Shown here piece after piece: positions 11,524-21,225 of a stretch of DNA of 64,000 nucleotides; the stretch's first letter is position 1; each line of letters begins with the position of its first letter. The notes beneath the pieces were generated by a model that was not told the DNA's origin, ran no database searches, and saw only the letters and a program-made list of their open reading frames with translations. The translations under genes and the position numbers were made by a program. Source of the stretch: an uncultured Clostridia bacterium (GTDB taxonomy: Bacteria; Bacillota; Clostridia; Christensenellales; CAG-917); contig CAKQUV010000001.1 of the NCBI GenBank assembly GCA_934277615.1, positions 206,380 to 270,379 of the forward strand, written 5' to 3'.

Positions 11524-11757
11524 TTATTCAATCTGAATTTTCTTCATCTTTGCAAAATAATTGATCTCGCCCACCGTGAAGAGCAATCCTGCAACTACGA
11601 ACATCGTTATGCCGATTGCGTAGCCGATCGTGCCAGGGACGAGGAAGAAAAACGCCAAGCCGACTGATAGAGCAATGAATGCAACGAGAATGAAAAGTAT
11701 CATGACGTTCATATTGCTGATTTCGGCAACCTTTCTTACGAGATTGTTATCTTCCAT
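11524..11757 (-). CDS. small two-helix membrane protein
   Basis: 77-aa ORF. AAGGAGG (rc of 11764-11770) lies 6 nt upstream of the ATG. Two hydrophobic helices (VMILFILVAFIALSVGLAFFFLV; IGITMFVVAGLLFTV). Preferred over the overlapping plus-strand ORF 11410..11667, which has no RBS. Confidence 0.6.
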   Translation of the reverse strand: MEDNNLVRKVAEISNMNVMILFILVAFIALSVGLAFFFLVPGTIGYAIGITMFVVAGLLFTVGEINYFAKMKKIQIE

Positions 11758-11960
11758 ACCATACCTCCTTTGAGATTGTGTATAGCGTGTGCAATCGGCG
11801 CGATTTTATGTAAGACGACGCAGTTTAAGATATATCTGCCTTATACTAAAAACTTTTTGGCATAATGAGATAAAACACTACAAAATGTCGAATTTTTGTG
11901 TTGCGAAGATATGCATACAAGTATATAATTAGTATGGAATATTTATTTGGGGATAAATAT

Positions 11961-13637
11961 ATGCTTGTCAAAGATAAAAAGTATTTCGAAGGTTTTAGAT
12001 GGTTTGCGCTGTTTACATTGCTTTGCACCGTAGCGATGTGGATTGCTCTATGGGCGTCATCTGCAACTCCCGGTGATGTCAGCGGAGCAAACAGTTGGGC
12101 GATGGCAGGCGCGATTGACGGCAAATACAATCTTTCTCATAAATTCGATTCCGCAATAACCACGCAAAACGTCACGATTGAAAGAACTACGTGGAAAGCG
12201 TACTACATCGGCGACCAAGAGCAAATGAAAGCTATTTTTTCGCCCAAAGGGACGCGCGATACGGACGTGGAATGGTCGTCGGGAAACGAAAACGTCGCAA
12301 CCGTTGACCAAAACGGACTCGTTACGCTTGTCGGAAAAGGTGAAGTGCGAATTTTTGCAAAACTCAAAAGCAATCTCGATATCGTCAATTATGAATACTT
12401 TTTCTGTTGGGGGGAAAATCCTCACAACGTTGAAAATCCACACGTAAGACTTAAAAATAACGTCAAATCCGTAAATGTCGGCTCTTCCACCACGATAATA
12501 CTCAATGACAACAAGACACATAGCGTCGCTGCATCGTACCGGACATCCGATGAAAGCGTGGCAATCGTCGATGCCGGCATGTTGCACGCAAGAAAAGCGG
12601 GCAATGTTACTATAACCGCAACGTATAGTGACGGCTTTGAATGTTCTTGTGTCGTTACTGTGGTTGACAATCCCGAATACGTATGCCCTACGCAAATAAT
12701 TTTGCAAGACAAACACATAGATCAAGGTGACGTAATCGATGTATATGATTTTGTAAAAAGCGTACTGCCAAACGACGATTTTCAAAAATGTATAGTTACA
12801 ATCACACAATCAAAATCCGTTGCGGGACTTAGGAACACCAACTTGCACGTGTGGGGTTACGGTGAGTTTACTCTCACTTTTACGTCCTGCTTCAACGAGA
12901 ACGTAAAAGCAAGCATCACGCTATATTCCAATAGAAAAATGCCGGAAGATTTCCGCGTTTCCATACCTTCGGTTGCAAGCCCCAACAACACGTATTATCT
13001 CAAAGCGGCACATTATCCCTACCCTTGCACCGACGAGGTGAAGTGGGAACTTGTCAGCGGAAAACACGCAACGCTTGACGAGGACGGCGTTTTTAAACCG
13101 AGATTTTTCGGCACATACGTAATTCGTTGTACGAGCACGATAGACCCGAGTTTGAGCGTGGAAAAAACCGTTGAGGTCAAGCTTTTCGACGACATCGGAG
13201 GTTTCGTGCGCAAACTTATGGGACATATGGGACTGTCGGGCGTTCTCGGCTTCGGCCTGTTCTTCACTTGCTTATTCCTTTGCAAACACAAGTGGAAATG
13301 CGCCGTATATCCCTTCGTGATATCCTTCGTTCACGGCGGGCTTTCGGAGGCAATTCAATACTTCACACCGGGGCGTTTTTGCACCTTTGCGGACGTCCTC
13401 GTGGATTTTATGGGCGGTTGTATAGGTATTGTTCTCGGAATGATTTTGGCGAGCCTTATATTGCTTATATGGAAACTTGCCAACAAGCAGAGTTTCGATA
13501 GAGCGGTATATGCCATAAAGAGCCTAAACGGCGGCAATTGCTTCAAAAAAATGTATAAGTTCGATGCCGAATACGCCGAGGAAAACAGGGAAAACCAACC
13601 TCACGCAGAAGAAACGCAAGCAGCCGACGTAGCATAA
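11961..13637 (+). CDS. Big_2-domain protein fused to a C-terminal VanZ-like membrane domain
   Basis: Start chosen at ATG 11961 (MLVKDKKYFEGFRWFALFTLL..., signal anchor). Big_2-like repeats (GNENVATVDQNGLVTLVGKGEVRIF; TSDESVAIVDAGMLHARKAGNVTITATY). VanZ-like C-terminus (GHMGLSGVLGFGLFF...LSEAIQYFTPGRFCTFADVLVDFMGGCIGIVLG). Confidence 0.75.
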   Translation: MLVKDKKYFEGFRWFALFTLLCTVAMWIALWASSATPGDVSGANSWAMAGAIDGKYNLSHKFDSAITTQNVTIERTTWKAYYIGDQEQMKAIFSPKGTRDTDVEWSSGNENVATVDQNGLVTLVGKGEVRIFAKLKSNLDIVNYEYFFCWGENPHNVENPHVRLKNNVKSVNVGSSTTIILNDNKTHSVAASYRTSDESVAIVDAGMLHARKAGNVTITATYSDGFECSCVVTVVDNPEYVCPTQIILQDKHIDQGDVIDVYDFVKSVLPNDDFQKCIVTITQSKSVAGLRNTNLHVWGYGEFTLTFTSCFNENVKASITLYSNRKMPEDFRVSIPSVASPNNTYYLKAAHYPYPCTDEVKWELVSGKHATLDEDGVFKPRFFGTYVIRCTSTIDPSLSVEKTVEVKLFDDIGGFVRKLMGHMGLSGVLGFGLFFTCLFLCKHKWKCAVYPFVISFVHGGLSEAIQYFTPGRFCTFADVLVDFMGGCIGIVLGMILASLILLIWKLANKQSFDRAVYAIKSLNGGNCFKKMYKFDAEYAEENRENQPHAEETQAADVA

Positions 13638-13763
13638 ACACAAGATTGCGCCGAAAAACAAGACCGCATTTGGGCTCTATATATCGGCACAACTTTGGAC
13701 ACTTTTGCATAATCGGCGAAATCGTGCAGGTATAAAATCTCAAGACGTGGCAACAATCGTTGT

Positions 13764-14339
13764 ATGAAAAACACATCTCGAGAAATTGTAAACTCAATAG
13801 AAAAAATCGTAAAAAGCAGCGACGGCATAGATGACGTCGCTCCTTTTGTAAGTTTGCTTTTCAACGACATTGTTGACAGAGGCGAGCGCGAAATCGTGAT
13901 TGTGTGCTTTGGCACAAACGCAATATCCGGTGACGCGCTCGGTCCTATGGTAGGCACCCTACTAACGCAAAAATACAACGTTCCGGCCTTTGTATACGGC
14001 ACGGACGAGAGCACCGTCAACGGAAAAAATATGGCGCAATGGCTGTCTTTTATCAAAACGGTACACAAAGACGCAATCTTCGTTGCGGTGGACGCAAGTC
14101 TCGGCAGAGCGGATAAAATCGGTGATATCGTAATACGCCCCGACGGGGTATGTCCCTCGGGCGTTACAGGCAAATCCGAGCGATTCGGCGACGTGGGAAT
14201 ATTGGGTATAGTGGCGCAAAACCACAAGGACGCTCTTATGCAACTTATGTGCGTATCGCCACTTGAAGTGTCAAAAATGGCAGATAAAATATCAATTATG
14301 TTAAAAGATGTGATTTGCGCGCCGAGAATTATTGGTTGA
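13764..14339 (+). CDS. yyaC: YyaC-family putative sporulation protease
   Basis: 191 aa. The motif REIVIVCFGTNAISGDALGPMVGTLL matches the YyaC/GPR-like fold signature (xxCIGTDRSTGDSLGPLVG). yyaC is origin-linked in Bacillus. Confidence 0.7.
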   Translation: MKNTSREIVNSIEKIVKSSDGIDDVAPFVSLLFNDIVDRGEREIVIVCFGTNAISGDALGPMVGTLLTQKYNVPAFVYGTDESTVNGKNMAQWLSFIKTVHKDAIFVAVDASLGRADKIGDIVIRPDGVCPSGVTGKSERFGDVGILGIVAQNHKDALMQLMCVSPLEVSKMADKISIMLKDVICAPRIIG

Positions 14340-14398
14340 AATATGTGTTTTTAAGTTTGATTTTTGTATAAAAAGATGTTGAAAAAGGAAATGGATGG

Positions 14399-14420
14399 AA
14401 AGTCGCTAATGCGACTTTTT
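14399..14420 (+). terminator. intrinsic terminator after yyaC
   Basis: aaagtcgc-taat-gcgacttt hairpin plus T5. Confidence 0.6.
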
Positions 14421-14442
14421 GTCGTTTGATAGACAAAAAGTA

Positions 14443-14471
14443 TTGCATAATGCGCGAGAGTCGATTATAAT
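14443..14471 (+). promoter_or_regulatory. sigma-A-type promoter for the cvpA-like gene
   Basis: TTGCAT (14443-14448), 17-nt spacer, TATAAT (14466-14471), about 50 nt upstream of ATG 14521. Confidence 0.5.
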
Positions 14472-14520
14472 AGTTATATCTACATATATGCGTGCATATT
14501 GCGCGCGATAAGGAGAAAAG

Positions 14521-15306
14521 ATGTTTTTGCAAGTGTTATCCGCAGATATACCCTACGCCGATATAGCGTTTTTCGTAATACTCGCTCTCGGCTTGTTGCT
14601 GGGTATTCTGCGCGGTTTTTCCAAATCGTTCAAAGGCTTTTTCCTCACGATAGGGATTATGCTTGCCGCACTTCTCATCCTCTCGCCTACCTTTGCAAAA
14701 GTGCGTGAAATCAGCGTATTTGACAAAATGGAAACTTCCATAACGGAAGGTATACAAGGAAAATCCGAACTGCTCAGCGAGCCCATTTACGTCGAAACGG
14801 ATGAAGAAGGCAAACGCACTTTCTACGTCGACGTAACGAAAGACGGCGTTACTACGCGCACAGATCTCGAAACAGTCATCAAAAACAGCGATATGTCCGG
14901 CAAGCTCAAAGGTCAAACGACGCTTTGGCTTGCGCAAAAATTTATTTACGAGGACGGACAATCCATCGGCGAGGTTGCCGGCGCTTTCATATCCGACCTT
15001 ATCGTGGCAATCGTGGCGTACGTCGTGTATTGCCTTGCGCTGGGACTTATATGCTGGCTGTTGCGCAAGATTTTTGCAAAGATGCACGACTCGGACAACA
15101 AACTTCTCAAAGCGCTCGACCGCACTTGCGGCGCAATCGTATCAACGGCATTTGCGGCTGTGTTTATTTTGCTTGTGCTTGCAATCCTTTACGCTTTGCG
15201 CGATAAAATAGGCGTTGTTGACACCGCCCTTCGCGATTCCAAAGTGTGCGGATATTTCTACCTTAACAACCCTGTGGCAAAACTATTCACCGAAATCTTC
15301 GGTTGA
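14521..15306 (+). CDS. CvpA-family membrane protein
   Basis: 261 aa, AAGGAG RBS. The N-terminal pattern (DIAFFVILALGLLLGILRGFSKSF...) and four hydrophobic helices are typical of colicin V production protein-like CvpA. Confidence 0.65.
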   Translation: MFLQVLSADIPYADIAFFVILALGLLLGILRGFSKSFKGFFLTIGIMLAALLILSPTFAKVREISVFDKMETSITEGIQGKSELLSEPIYVETDEEGKRTFYVDVTKDGVTTRTDLETVIKNSDMSGKLKGQTTLWLAQKFIYEDGQSIGEVAGAFISDLIVAIVAYVVYCLALGLICWLLRKIFAKMHDSDNKLLKALDRTCGAIVSTAFAAVFILLVLAILYALRDKIGVVDTALRDSKVCGYFYLNNPVAKLFTEIFG

Positions 15307-15357
15307 CACGACGTCGCGCTTTTTTAGGCGCGCGTTTTTTTATACGGAGTAACTATT

Positions 15358-18300
15358 ATGAGAGTATTACGCGGAACTTTGACCTTTATCCTCGGTATGG
15401 TAATCGGCATCATACTTTTCGTTCTTGCAATCGGCGGCGCGGTCTACATAATGGGCACGTCGATGACCGTCGGAGAATTGCAACAAAAATTTACCGATGA
15501 AGAGATTATCGCATCCGACAGCGAGGCGTACGGAAAAACTATTCTCGACGCTGCGCTCAAAGCGTACGACGATTTTAAAAACCTTGATAACCTCACGCTT
15601 GAATCCTTGTATAAATCTTACGGCATCAAAATGCTCAACGGCATTAGCGGCGTGGATTTCACAAACAAGGACTTCTACACCATGCCTTTGACCGAATTGT
15701 TTAAGGACCTGTCCAAAATTACCAATTCGTTTACACTCGATGATGTCGGCACGCTTGCCAAATTGGAATTCCCCGACATTCCCGTCATCGACGACAATCT
15801 TAACGTCGGCATGAAAGACGCCATAAACAATATCCTCGGCTCTATCGACGGAAATCTTACCGTGCGCGATATTCAAGGCAAATTCGGCATAGACATCGGT
15901 CTTGGCGCAAACAAAATGCTGCAAGCGGTGCAAGACGTAAAACTTTCTGCTTTCGGCGATACAATCAACGCGGTGCGCCTTTTCAACCTCATCGACGTGG
16001 ATGTGGACGAATTTATCAAATCGGGCAACAACACTGTTTACGTCAAGCTCGGCGACGACGGCGTTTTTGAAGAAGTAAGCAAGGAAGACCTTGCGCTCAA
16101 GGCAGGATATATCCCGCCCTTCGGCGTGGAAACGTATATTTCCGGGAGCATCGACGCGGACGAAAACGGCAAAGCGGACCACACAATAGAAAGGGAACTC
16201 CGCTACGTTCTGAAAACCAAGACGGACAAGGAAACGGGCGAGGAAACTTCGTCATACGTTGTCGACAACTCCTGTTATGAGGATAATTTCGACGCGGAAA
16301 CCAACGAAACGACGTATTATCGCCACGTTTTGTATTCCGTAAACGACGGCTCTCATACGGTGGAAAATCCCCTGTATTACGTGATTTCCTACGCAAACCG
16401 CATAGATTCTTATACAACCGATACGTTTTCGCTGGTGCAAAAGGGCTTCGCTTCCCTCGACAAACTCACAGTGTACAAAGACGGACAATACGTGCCTGCG
16501 TCGGCGCTTGTCGAGGGCGGCATGCAAACAATCGTCATCAACGACTTTGCGTTTGCCTATGAGAAAGACGGCGCAACGCAATCAAAGCCCGCTTCTCGCT
16601 ACTATATCACCGAATCTCCGATAACCAAAGACAGCCGCCTTCAAGCACTCGAGGACGGCGTAACCATAAGCGGCGATTATCTCATTGCGCACGAGGGCAC
16701 GTCCTCCAAAGTGTTGCAACTTGTGGCGTACATGACCGTTGCGGAACTTGAAAGCGCAGACGATATCCTCGATTCGCTCACAATCGGCGACGTTGTGGAT
16801 ACCGAGGCGGCAGATACCGCAAAAATCCTCAAAACGTTGGCTGATACAAAAATCGGCGAACTCGGCTCGAAAGTCGATACCCTCTCGCTTGCGGAAATGA
16901 CGGATATCACGTTTACGGCATACACGAGAGTGAACGGAGTAGGCGGAAGCTACGTGCTTGTAGAGGACAAAGACTCCGAGGGTAATTTTATCTATGTCAA
17001 CTATGATGACGAAAGCCCCAACAAGAACTACGTATCTCGCTATCGTTATGACAGCGAAACAAAGACATACAAGGCGGACGAAAAAGGCAAGTATATGCGC
17101 GCATATCATTTCACCTTGTACAACCCTGCTTTGCACAACGTTGACGGCAGTGCTCCGACGTACACTTACGATATAAACGAAGGCGCAGTCGAAAATCCCT
17201 CCTCAAAAGTGCTTCAACGCCTCGCATACACCAAAATCAACGACTTCTCCGGCTCGTTCAGTGATTTGTCGCTCGGCGAAGTTATGGATATCGACTCGGA
17301 TTTGTACGTCGTAGACGACGGCGCCGCCGCCGAAAATGCGACGAGATACTATTATGACTCCGCTCTCAACGTCTATATGCGCATAACCGAGAGCAACAAG
17401 GACGAGCATACCGCCGACGCCAAGTACGTCATCTCGAATGAAGGCGCTTCTCAATCCGTGCTCAAACGCCTCGCATTCGTCAAAATCGACGATATGTCCG
17501 ACGCTATGGAACAGATAACCAAAGATATGCTGCTCTCCGAACTCGTTGATATTTACAACGAATACGCAGTGCAAGAAAACACGTCTTTTGACCTCCTTGC
17601 ATACGACGAAACGAAAGATAGATTCTTCATCGAAGATACTGACGGCGACGGATACGTGTTTGCTTACAACGACAAAGGCAAGTACGTCAAAGGCGACTGG
17701 CGCATGGACGCATACGGCGCAGACGAGCTTGCGACAATCGCAGTCAAATATACCGCAACGTCCTATTCATACCAACCGATTACGTCAATCGCGGAGGCAA
17801 AAGCCGCTCTCACCTCTTACAACATCTACTACAAAGGTCAACGAGACGGCGTAACCGTATATGAAAACAATATCGCGCTTTGCTCGTATATCGTCGCGCA
17901 ATCGTTTTCAAGCGGAACGCTCCCCTCGAACACTCTTTATACGAGAGTAAGCAATACCGGTTACGAGAACCCTCAAACGAGCGTCGCTCGCTACGGCTCT
18001 GCGGGTGCGGAAAATATTTACGTGCTTATCAACGGCACTTATATCGCATACGATATGAGCAATCTCGCTCACCTCTCGCAAGACGTTTACTATAAGAAAG
18101 TGACCGCTGCGACAGGCGAAACGATGTATATAAGACAATCTCAACCCGGCATTTTGTCGGGCGCAACAGTCGAAACCGCACAAGACACGTCAAGTGCGAA
18201 ATTTGCAAAATACAAAGCCGAAGCGGTGTATTTCAAGACCACAAGCACAACCAACGCTTACGTCTTTGCAGGCGGTAAATACGTGCCTTATGACGAGAAC

Positions 18301-18807
18301 GTGCACGGCGCTGCGGATAAAAACGAATTGTTTGTCAAAAAGAGCGGATACATCGCGACGCTTACGGAAACGTACCTTGTCAACAACAACGAGGAAAAAG
18401 TGCCTATCCCCTCATCTGGACTTGCCAACACGCCCGTTACGCTCATAAGAGAAAAGAGTCAAGCCGTGCTGCGTATGCTTGCCAGAAAGGAAACGACAAT
18501 CGACACTATCAACACTGCGGTGCAAGAGGCGCAAATAAAAGATATTATGGACGTTGACGAGGACAGTTTGTTCTCGCGTTTCGAGGGCGCTACAATCGAG
18601 CAACTGAGCGACAAGGTGGAAACTTCACTCAAAGAAATGAGCGTCGGCGAATTGCTCGATTACATCAATATCGAGAAAGTCAACCCCGAAGTCAAAGCGG
18701 CTCTCTGCAACGTAACGTTGACCGACTTCTTCAAGAGTTTGGTGCCAAAAGCAGGTATCGGCATCGTTGTGGATATGGAAATTGCCTGCGGTTACAAGAC
18801 AAAATAA
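15358..18807 (+). CDS. large N-terminally anchored extracytoplasmic protein with degenerate internal repeats (function unknown)
   Basis: 1149 aa. N-terminal helix LTFILGMVIGIILFVLAIGGAVYIM. Acidic and Tyr/Thr-rich. About 7-8 copies of a ~30-aa motif (e.g. SKVLQRLAYTKINDFSGSFSDLSLGEVMDI; QSVLKRLAFVKIDDMSDAMEQITKDMLLSELVDI). Confidence 0.75.
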   Translation: MRVLRGTLTFILGMVIGIILFVLAIGGAVYIMGTSMTVGELQQKFTDEEIIASDSEAYGKTILDAALKAYDDFKNLDNLTLESLYKSYGIKMLNGISGVDFTNKDFYTMPLTELFKDLSKITNSFTLDDVGTLAKLEFPDIPVIDDNLNVGMKDAINNILGSIDGNLTVRDIQGKFGIDIGLGANKMLQAVQDVKLSAFGDTINAVRLFNLIDVDVDEFIKSGNNTVYVKLGDDGVFEEVSKEDLALKAGYIPPFGVETYISGSIDADENGKADHTIERELRYVLKTKTDKETGEETSSYVVDNSCYEDNFDAETNETTYYRHVLYSVNDGSHTVENPLYYVISYANRIDSYTTDTFSLVQKGFASLDKLTVYKDGQYVPASALVEGGMQTIVINDFAFAYEKDGATQSKPASRYYITESPITKDSRLQALEDGVTISGDYLIAHEGTSSKVLQLVAYMTVAELESADDILDSLTIGDVVDTEAADTAKILKTLADTKIGELGSKVDTLSLAEMTDITFTAYTRVNGVGGSYVLVEDKDSEGNFIYVNYDDESPNKNYVSRYRYDSETKTYKADEKGKYMRAYHFTLYNPALHNVDGSAPTYTYDINEGAVENPSSKVLQRLAYTKINDFSGSFSDLSLGEVMDIDSDLYVVDDGAAAENATRYYYDSALNVYMRITESNKDEHTADAKYVISNEGASQSVLKRLAFVKIDDMSDAMEQITKDMLLSELVDIYNEYAVQENTSFDLLAYDETKDRFFIEDTDGDGYVFAYNDKGKYVKGDWRMDAYGADELATIAVKYTATSYSYQPITSIAEAKAALTSYNIYYKGQRDGVTVYENNIALCSYIVAQSFSSGTLPSNTLYTRVSNTGYENPQTSVARYGSAGAENIYVLINGTYIAYDMSNLAHLSQDVYYKKVTAATGETMYIRQSQPGILSGATVETAQDTSSAKFAKYKAEAVYFKTTSTTNAYVFAGGKYVPYDENVHGAADKNELFVKKSGYIATLTETYLVNNNEEKVPIPSSGLANTPVTLIREKSQAVLRMLARKETTIDTINTAVQEAQIKDIMDVDEDSLFSRFEGATIEQLSDKVETSLKEMSVGELLDYINIEKVNPEVKAALCNVTLTDFFKSLVPKAGIGIVVDMEIACGYKTK

Positions 18808-18854
18808 AACCGCATACACTAATCGTTCAAGCAACAAAAAACTTCAAACAATGC

Positions 18855-18892
18855 GAAAGCGTCTCAATCGAGACGCTTTCTTTTGTTTTTTT
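18855..18892. terminator. bidirectional intrinsic terminator between convergent genes
   Basis: gaaagcgtctc-aat-cgagacgctttc hairpin followed by an interrupted T run on the plus strand (ttttgttttttt); the minus-strand side has only a weak T context. Confidence 0.7.
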
Positions 18893-18951
18893 GCATAAAT
18901 CTATGTTAAAGTGTCGTTTTTGGTTGTATAAACATTGTGTTTTGCGATTTA

Positions 18952-20841
18952 TTACGTTTCGGACAGTTGTAGCCATTCCTCTTCGAGGGGCGCGAGTTTT
19001 TCCTTCAATTCGTCAATGTGCGCTTGTATTGTTTGTATTTGAGTATAGTCGCTATACACGCTTTCGTCATTGTGTATTTTGTCGTCAAGGGCTGTTATTT
19101 CGTCTTGAAGCACCTTCATTTTTTCTTCCAAAAAGTTCATTCTGTGCGCTCTGCGCGCGCTTTCTTTGCTTTGCGAAACGGGCTTTTCTTTCTTCCTTGG
19201 GGCTGTTGTTCCGCCGCCTGTTACCCCAACATCTACTTCTTCTTTGCTCTTTTCGTACTCGCTGTATTTGCCGTCGAACAGTTCGACTTTTCCGCCGTCG
19301 AAAACTATGAGGCGGTCGCAAACTCTGTTGATAAAGTATCTGTCGTGCGACACGGTAACAAGCGTACCTTGGTAGGAGCAAAGCAGTTTTTCAAGCGTTT
19401 CTTTACCCACGATGTCCATATGGTTGGTAGGCTCGTCGAGGATGAGAATATTTGGTTTTTTGCGCAATATTTTGCAGAGCGCGAGGCATACTTTTTCACC
19501 GCCGGACAAGTCGCAAATATGTTTGAATACGTCGTCGCCGCAAAATTGGAATGCGCCGAGCGCACTACGCGCCTGCGTGTTGTCGAGCATGGGAAACTCG
19601 TTTTGAAAATCCTCGAGCACCGTTTGCGTTGAAAAGCTTTGCGTAAGCGTCTGGTCAAAATACCCAACTTGCGCATGAAGTCCGAAAATCGCCGTTCCGT
19701 CCAATGCTTTTTGTATGTGCATCACGGTTTTGAGCATTGTGGATTTTCCGCATCCGTTGTTGCCTATCACACCAACTTTTTGTCCGCGCTTTATAATGGT
19801 GGTTATCGTGCCGAGCGGTTTGTCGTATCCGAACGTAAGATTGTCGAGCACAATCGCCTTTTCCACCGTTTCTCTTTCGGGCTGGAAGTTTGACCTGAAC
19901 GTGCCTGTATCGAACGGGGACGGCGCGGTTGCGTCGCCTATCCTTTCGATTTGCTTGATTTTGGCTTGCGCCATCGCTGCTTTGGACGCTTTGTAACGGA
20001 ATCTTTCAACAAGCGCGCTTAATCTCTCGATTTCTTTTTTGCGCACCATCGAGTCTTTAAGCGCCTTATCGTACGCTTGCTGCTTTTGCTCAATAAACGA
20101 CGTGTAGTTGCCGCTGTATCGCTTTGTTTCGCCATACTCTATCTCGTACACAGTGCCCACGATTTTGTCCAAAAACATTCGGTCGTGAGATACGATTACG
20201 CAAGATTTTTTGTAGGACGCAAGATACTTCTCAAGCCACTCTATCGCGTCGAGATCGAGATGGTTGGTCGGCTCGTCCAAAAGAAGTACGTCGGGCTTTG
20301 AAAGAAGCAATTTGAGCAAAGCGATTTTTGTGCGCTGTCCGCCCGAGAAAGTATCGAGAGTTTTGCTCAAATCCTCTTCACTGAATCCGAATTTGCGCAC
20401 GGCGGTCTTGTATTCCTTTTGATAAACGTATCCGCCCTCTCTTTCAAATTTTTCACACAAAGCGGAATAAATCTTAACGTTCTTCTCGCTTGCGTCTTTT
20501 TCTAGCTCTTTGAGCGCGATTTCGGATTGTCGCTCAATTTCAAGCAAATCCGAATATGCGTCAAGTATCTCTTCGAGCATGGTTTTTCCGTCTATGTCAT
20601 GGCTTACCTGTTTCAAAAATCCGATTTGCGGATTTCCGCTGGTAAATACACCCGAAATATCGTTGCCGTCGCCCTTGACGTACTCAAGCTCGCCCGCAAG
20701 CACTTTCAACAGCGTTGTTTTGCCGCATCCGTTGCGCCCCACAAGCGCAATCTTCTCATTGTCGTGTACGACAAAATTAGCCTCCGTCAACACAGGCACT
20801 CCGTCATATTCCACAGCAATGTTAGATACGTTGATTTGCAT
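18952..20841 (-). CDS. ABC-F family ATPase (translation-associated, Uup/YdiF-like) with C-terminal coiled coil
   Basis: 629 aa with two ABC cassettes: Walker A GRNGCGKTTLLK and GNNGCGKSTMLK, signatures LSGGQRTK and LSGGEKV. No membrane domain. Lys/Glu-rich C-terminal tail. Confidence 0.9.
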   Translation of the reverse strand: MQINVSNIAVEYDGVPVLTEANFVVHDNEKIALVGRNGCGKTTLLKVLAGELEYVKGDGNDISGVFTSGNPQIGFLKQVSHDIDGKTMLEEILDAYSDLLEIERQSEIALKELEKDASEKNVKIYSALCEKFEREGGYVYQKEYKTAVRKFGFSEEDLSKTLDTFSGGQRTKIALLKLLLSKPDVLLLDEPTNHLDLDAIEWLEKYLASYKKSCVIVSHDRMFLDKIVGTVYEIEYGETKRYSGNYTSFIEQKQQAYDKALKDSMVRKKEIERLSALVERFRYKASKAAMAQAKIKQIERIGDATAPSPFDTGTFRSNFQPERETVEKAIVLDNLTFGYDKPLGTITTIIKRGQKVGVIGNNGCGKSTMLKTVMHIQKALDGTAIFGLHAQVGYFDQTLTQSFSTQTVLEDFQNEFPMLDNTQARSALGAFQFCGDDVFKHICDLSGGEKVCLALCKILRKKPNILILDEPTNHMDIVGKETLEKLLCSYQGTLVTVSHDRYFINRVCDRLIVFDGGKVELFDGKYSEYEKSKEEVDVGVTGGGTTAPRKKEKPVSQSKESARRAHRMNFLEEKMKVLQDEITALDDKIHNDESVYSDYTQIQTIQAHIDELKEKLAPLEEEWLQLSET

Positions 20842-20912
20842 GCTTTGATTTTATCTCATTTTGCCGATTTAGTCCACAAAATAACCCAATCCTGCAAAAA
20901 TCCTCAAAATTT

Positions 20913-21161
20913 ATGCATTTTATGATGACGATTCAAGCAGTACGTAAGGATTTGAATGAAATCCGTTATTATTTCGCGCGCAAAAAACGACTTGATGACG
21001 TTTCTGAACTTGTCGGCAATAACAAAGTTGTCGATATGGTTGAACGCTACAATGTCGCAATGCAAAATGCGCCCATAAGACTTTACGATTTATTTAACAT
21101 AACAAAAGGCTCGAAGTTGTTGAACTTCGATCCTTTTGCCGCTTGCAGGTGTCCCCATTAA
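20913..21161 (+). CDS. small hypothetical ORF, possibly a truncated remnant
   Basis: 82-aa ORF with no clear RBS. Its last ~20 codons read through a terminator-like hairpin (aaaaggctcgaagtt-gttg-aacttcgatcctttt, about 21103-21135), which suggests a decayed 3' end. Confidence 0.3.
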   Translation: MHFMMTIQAVRKDLNEIRYYFARKKRLDDVSELVGNNKVVDMVERYNVAMQNAPIRLYDLFNITKGSKLLNFDPFAACRCPH

Positions 21162-21225
21162 ATTAATTGATTTTTTTATAATCCCTAATAGGAACACCGC
21201 TTTGGGTGTTCGTTTTATTCCCTAA

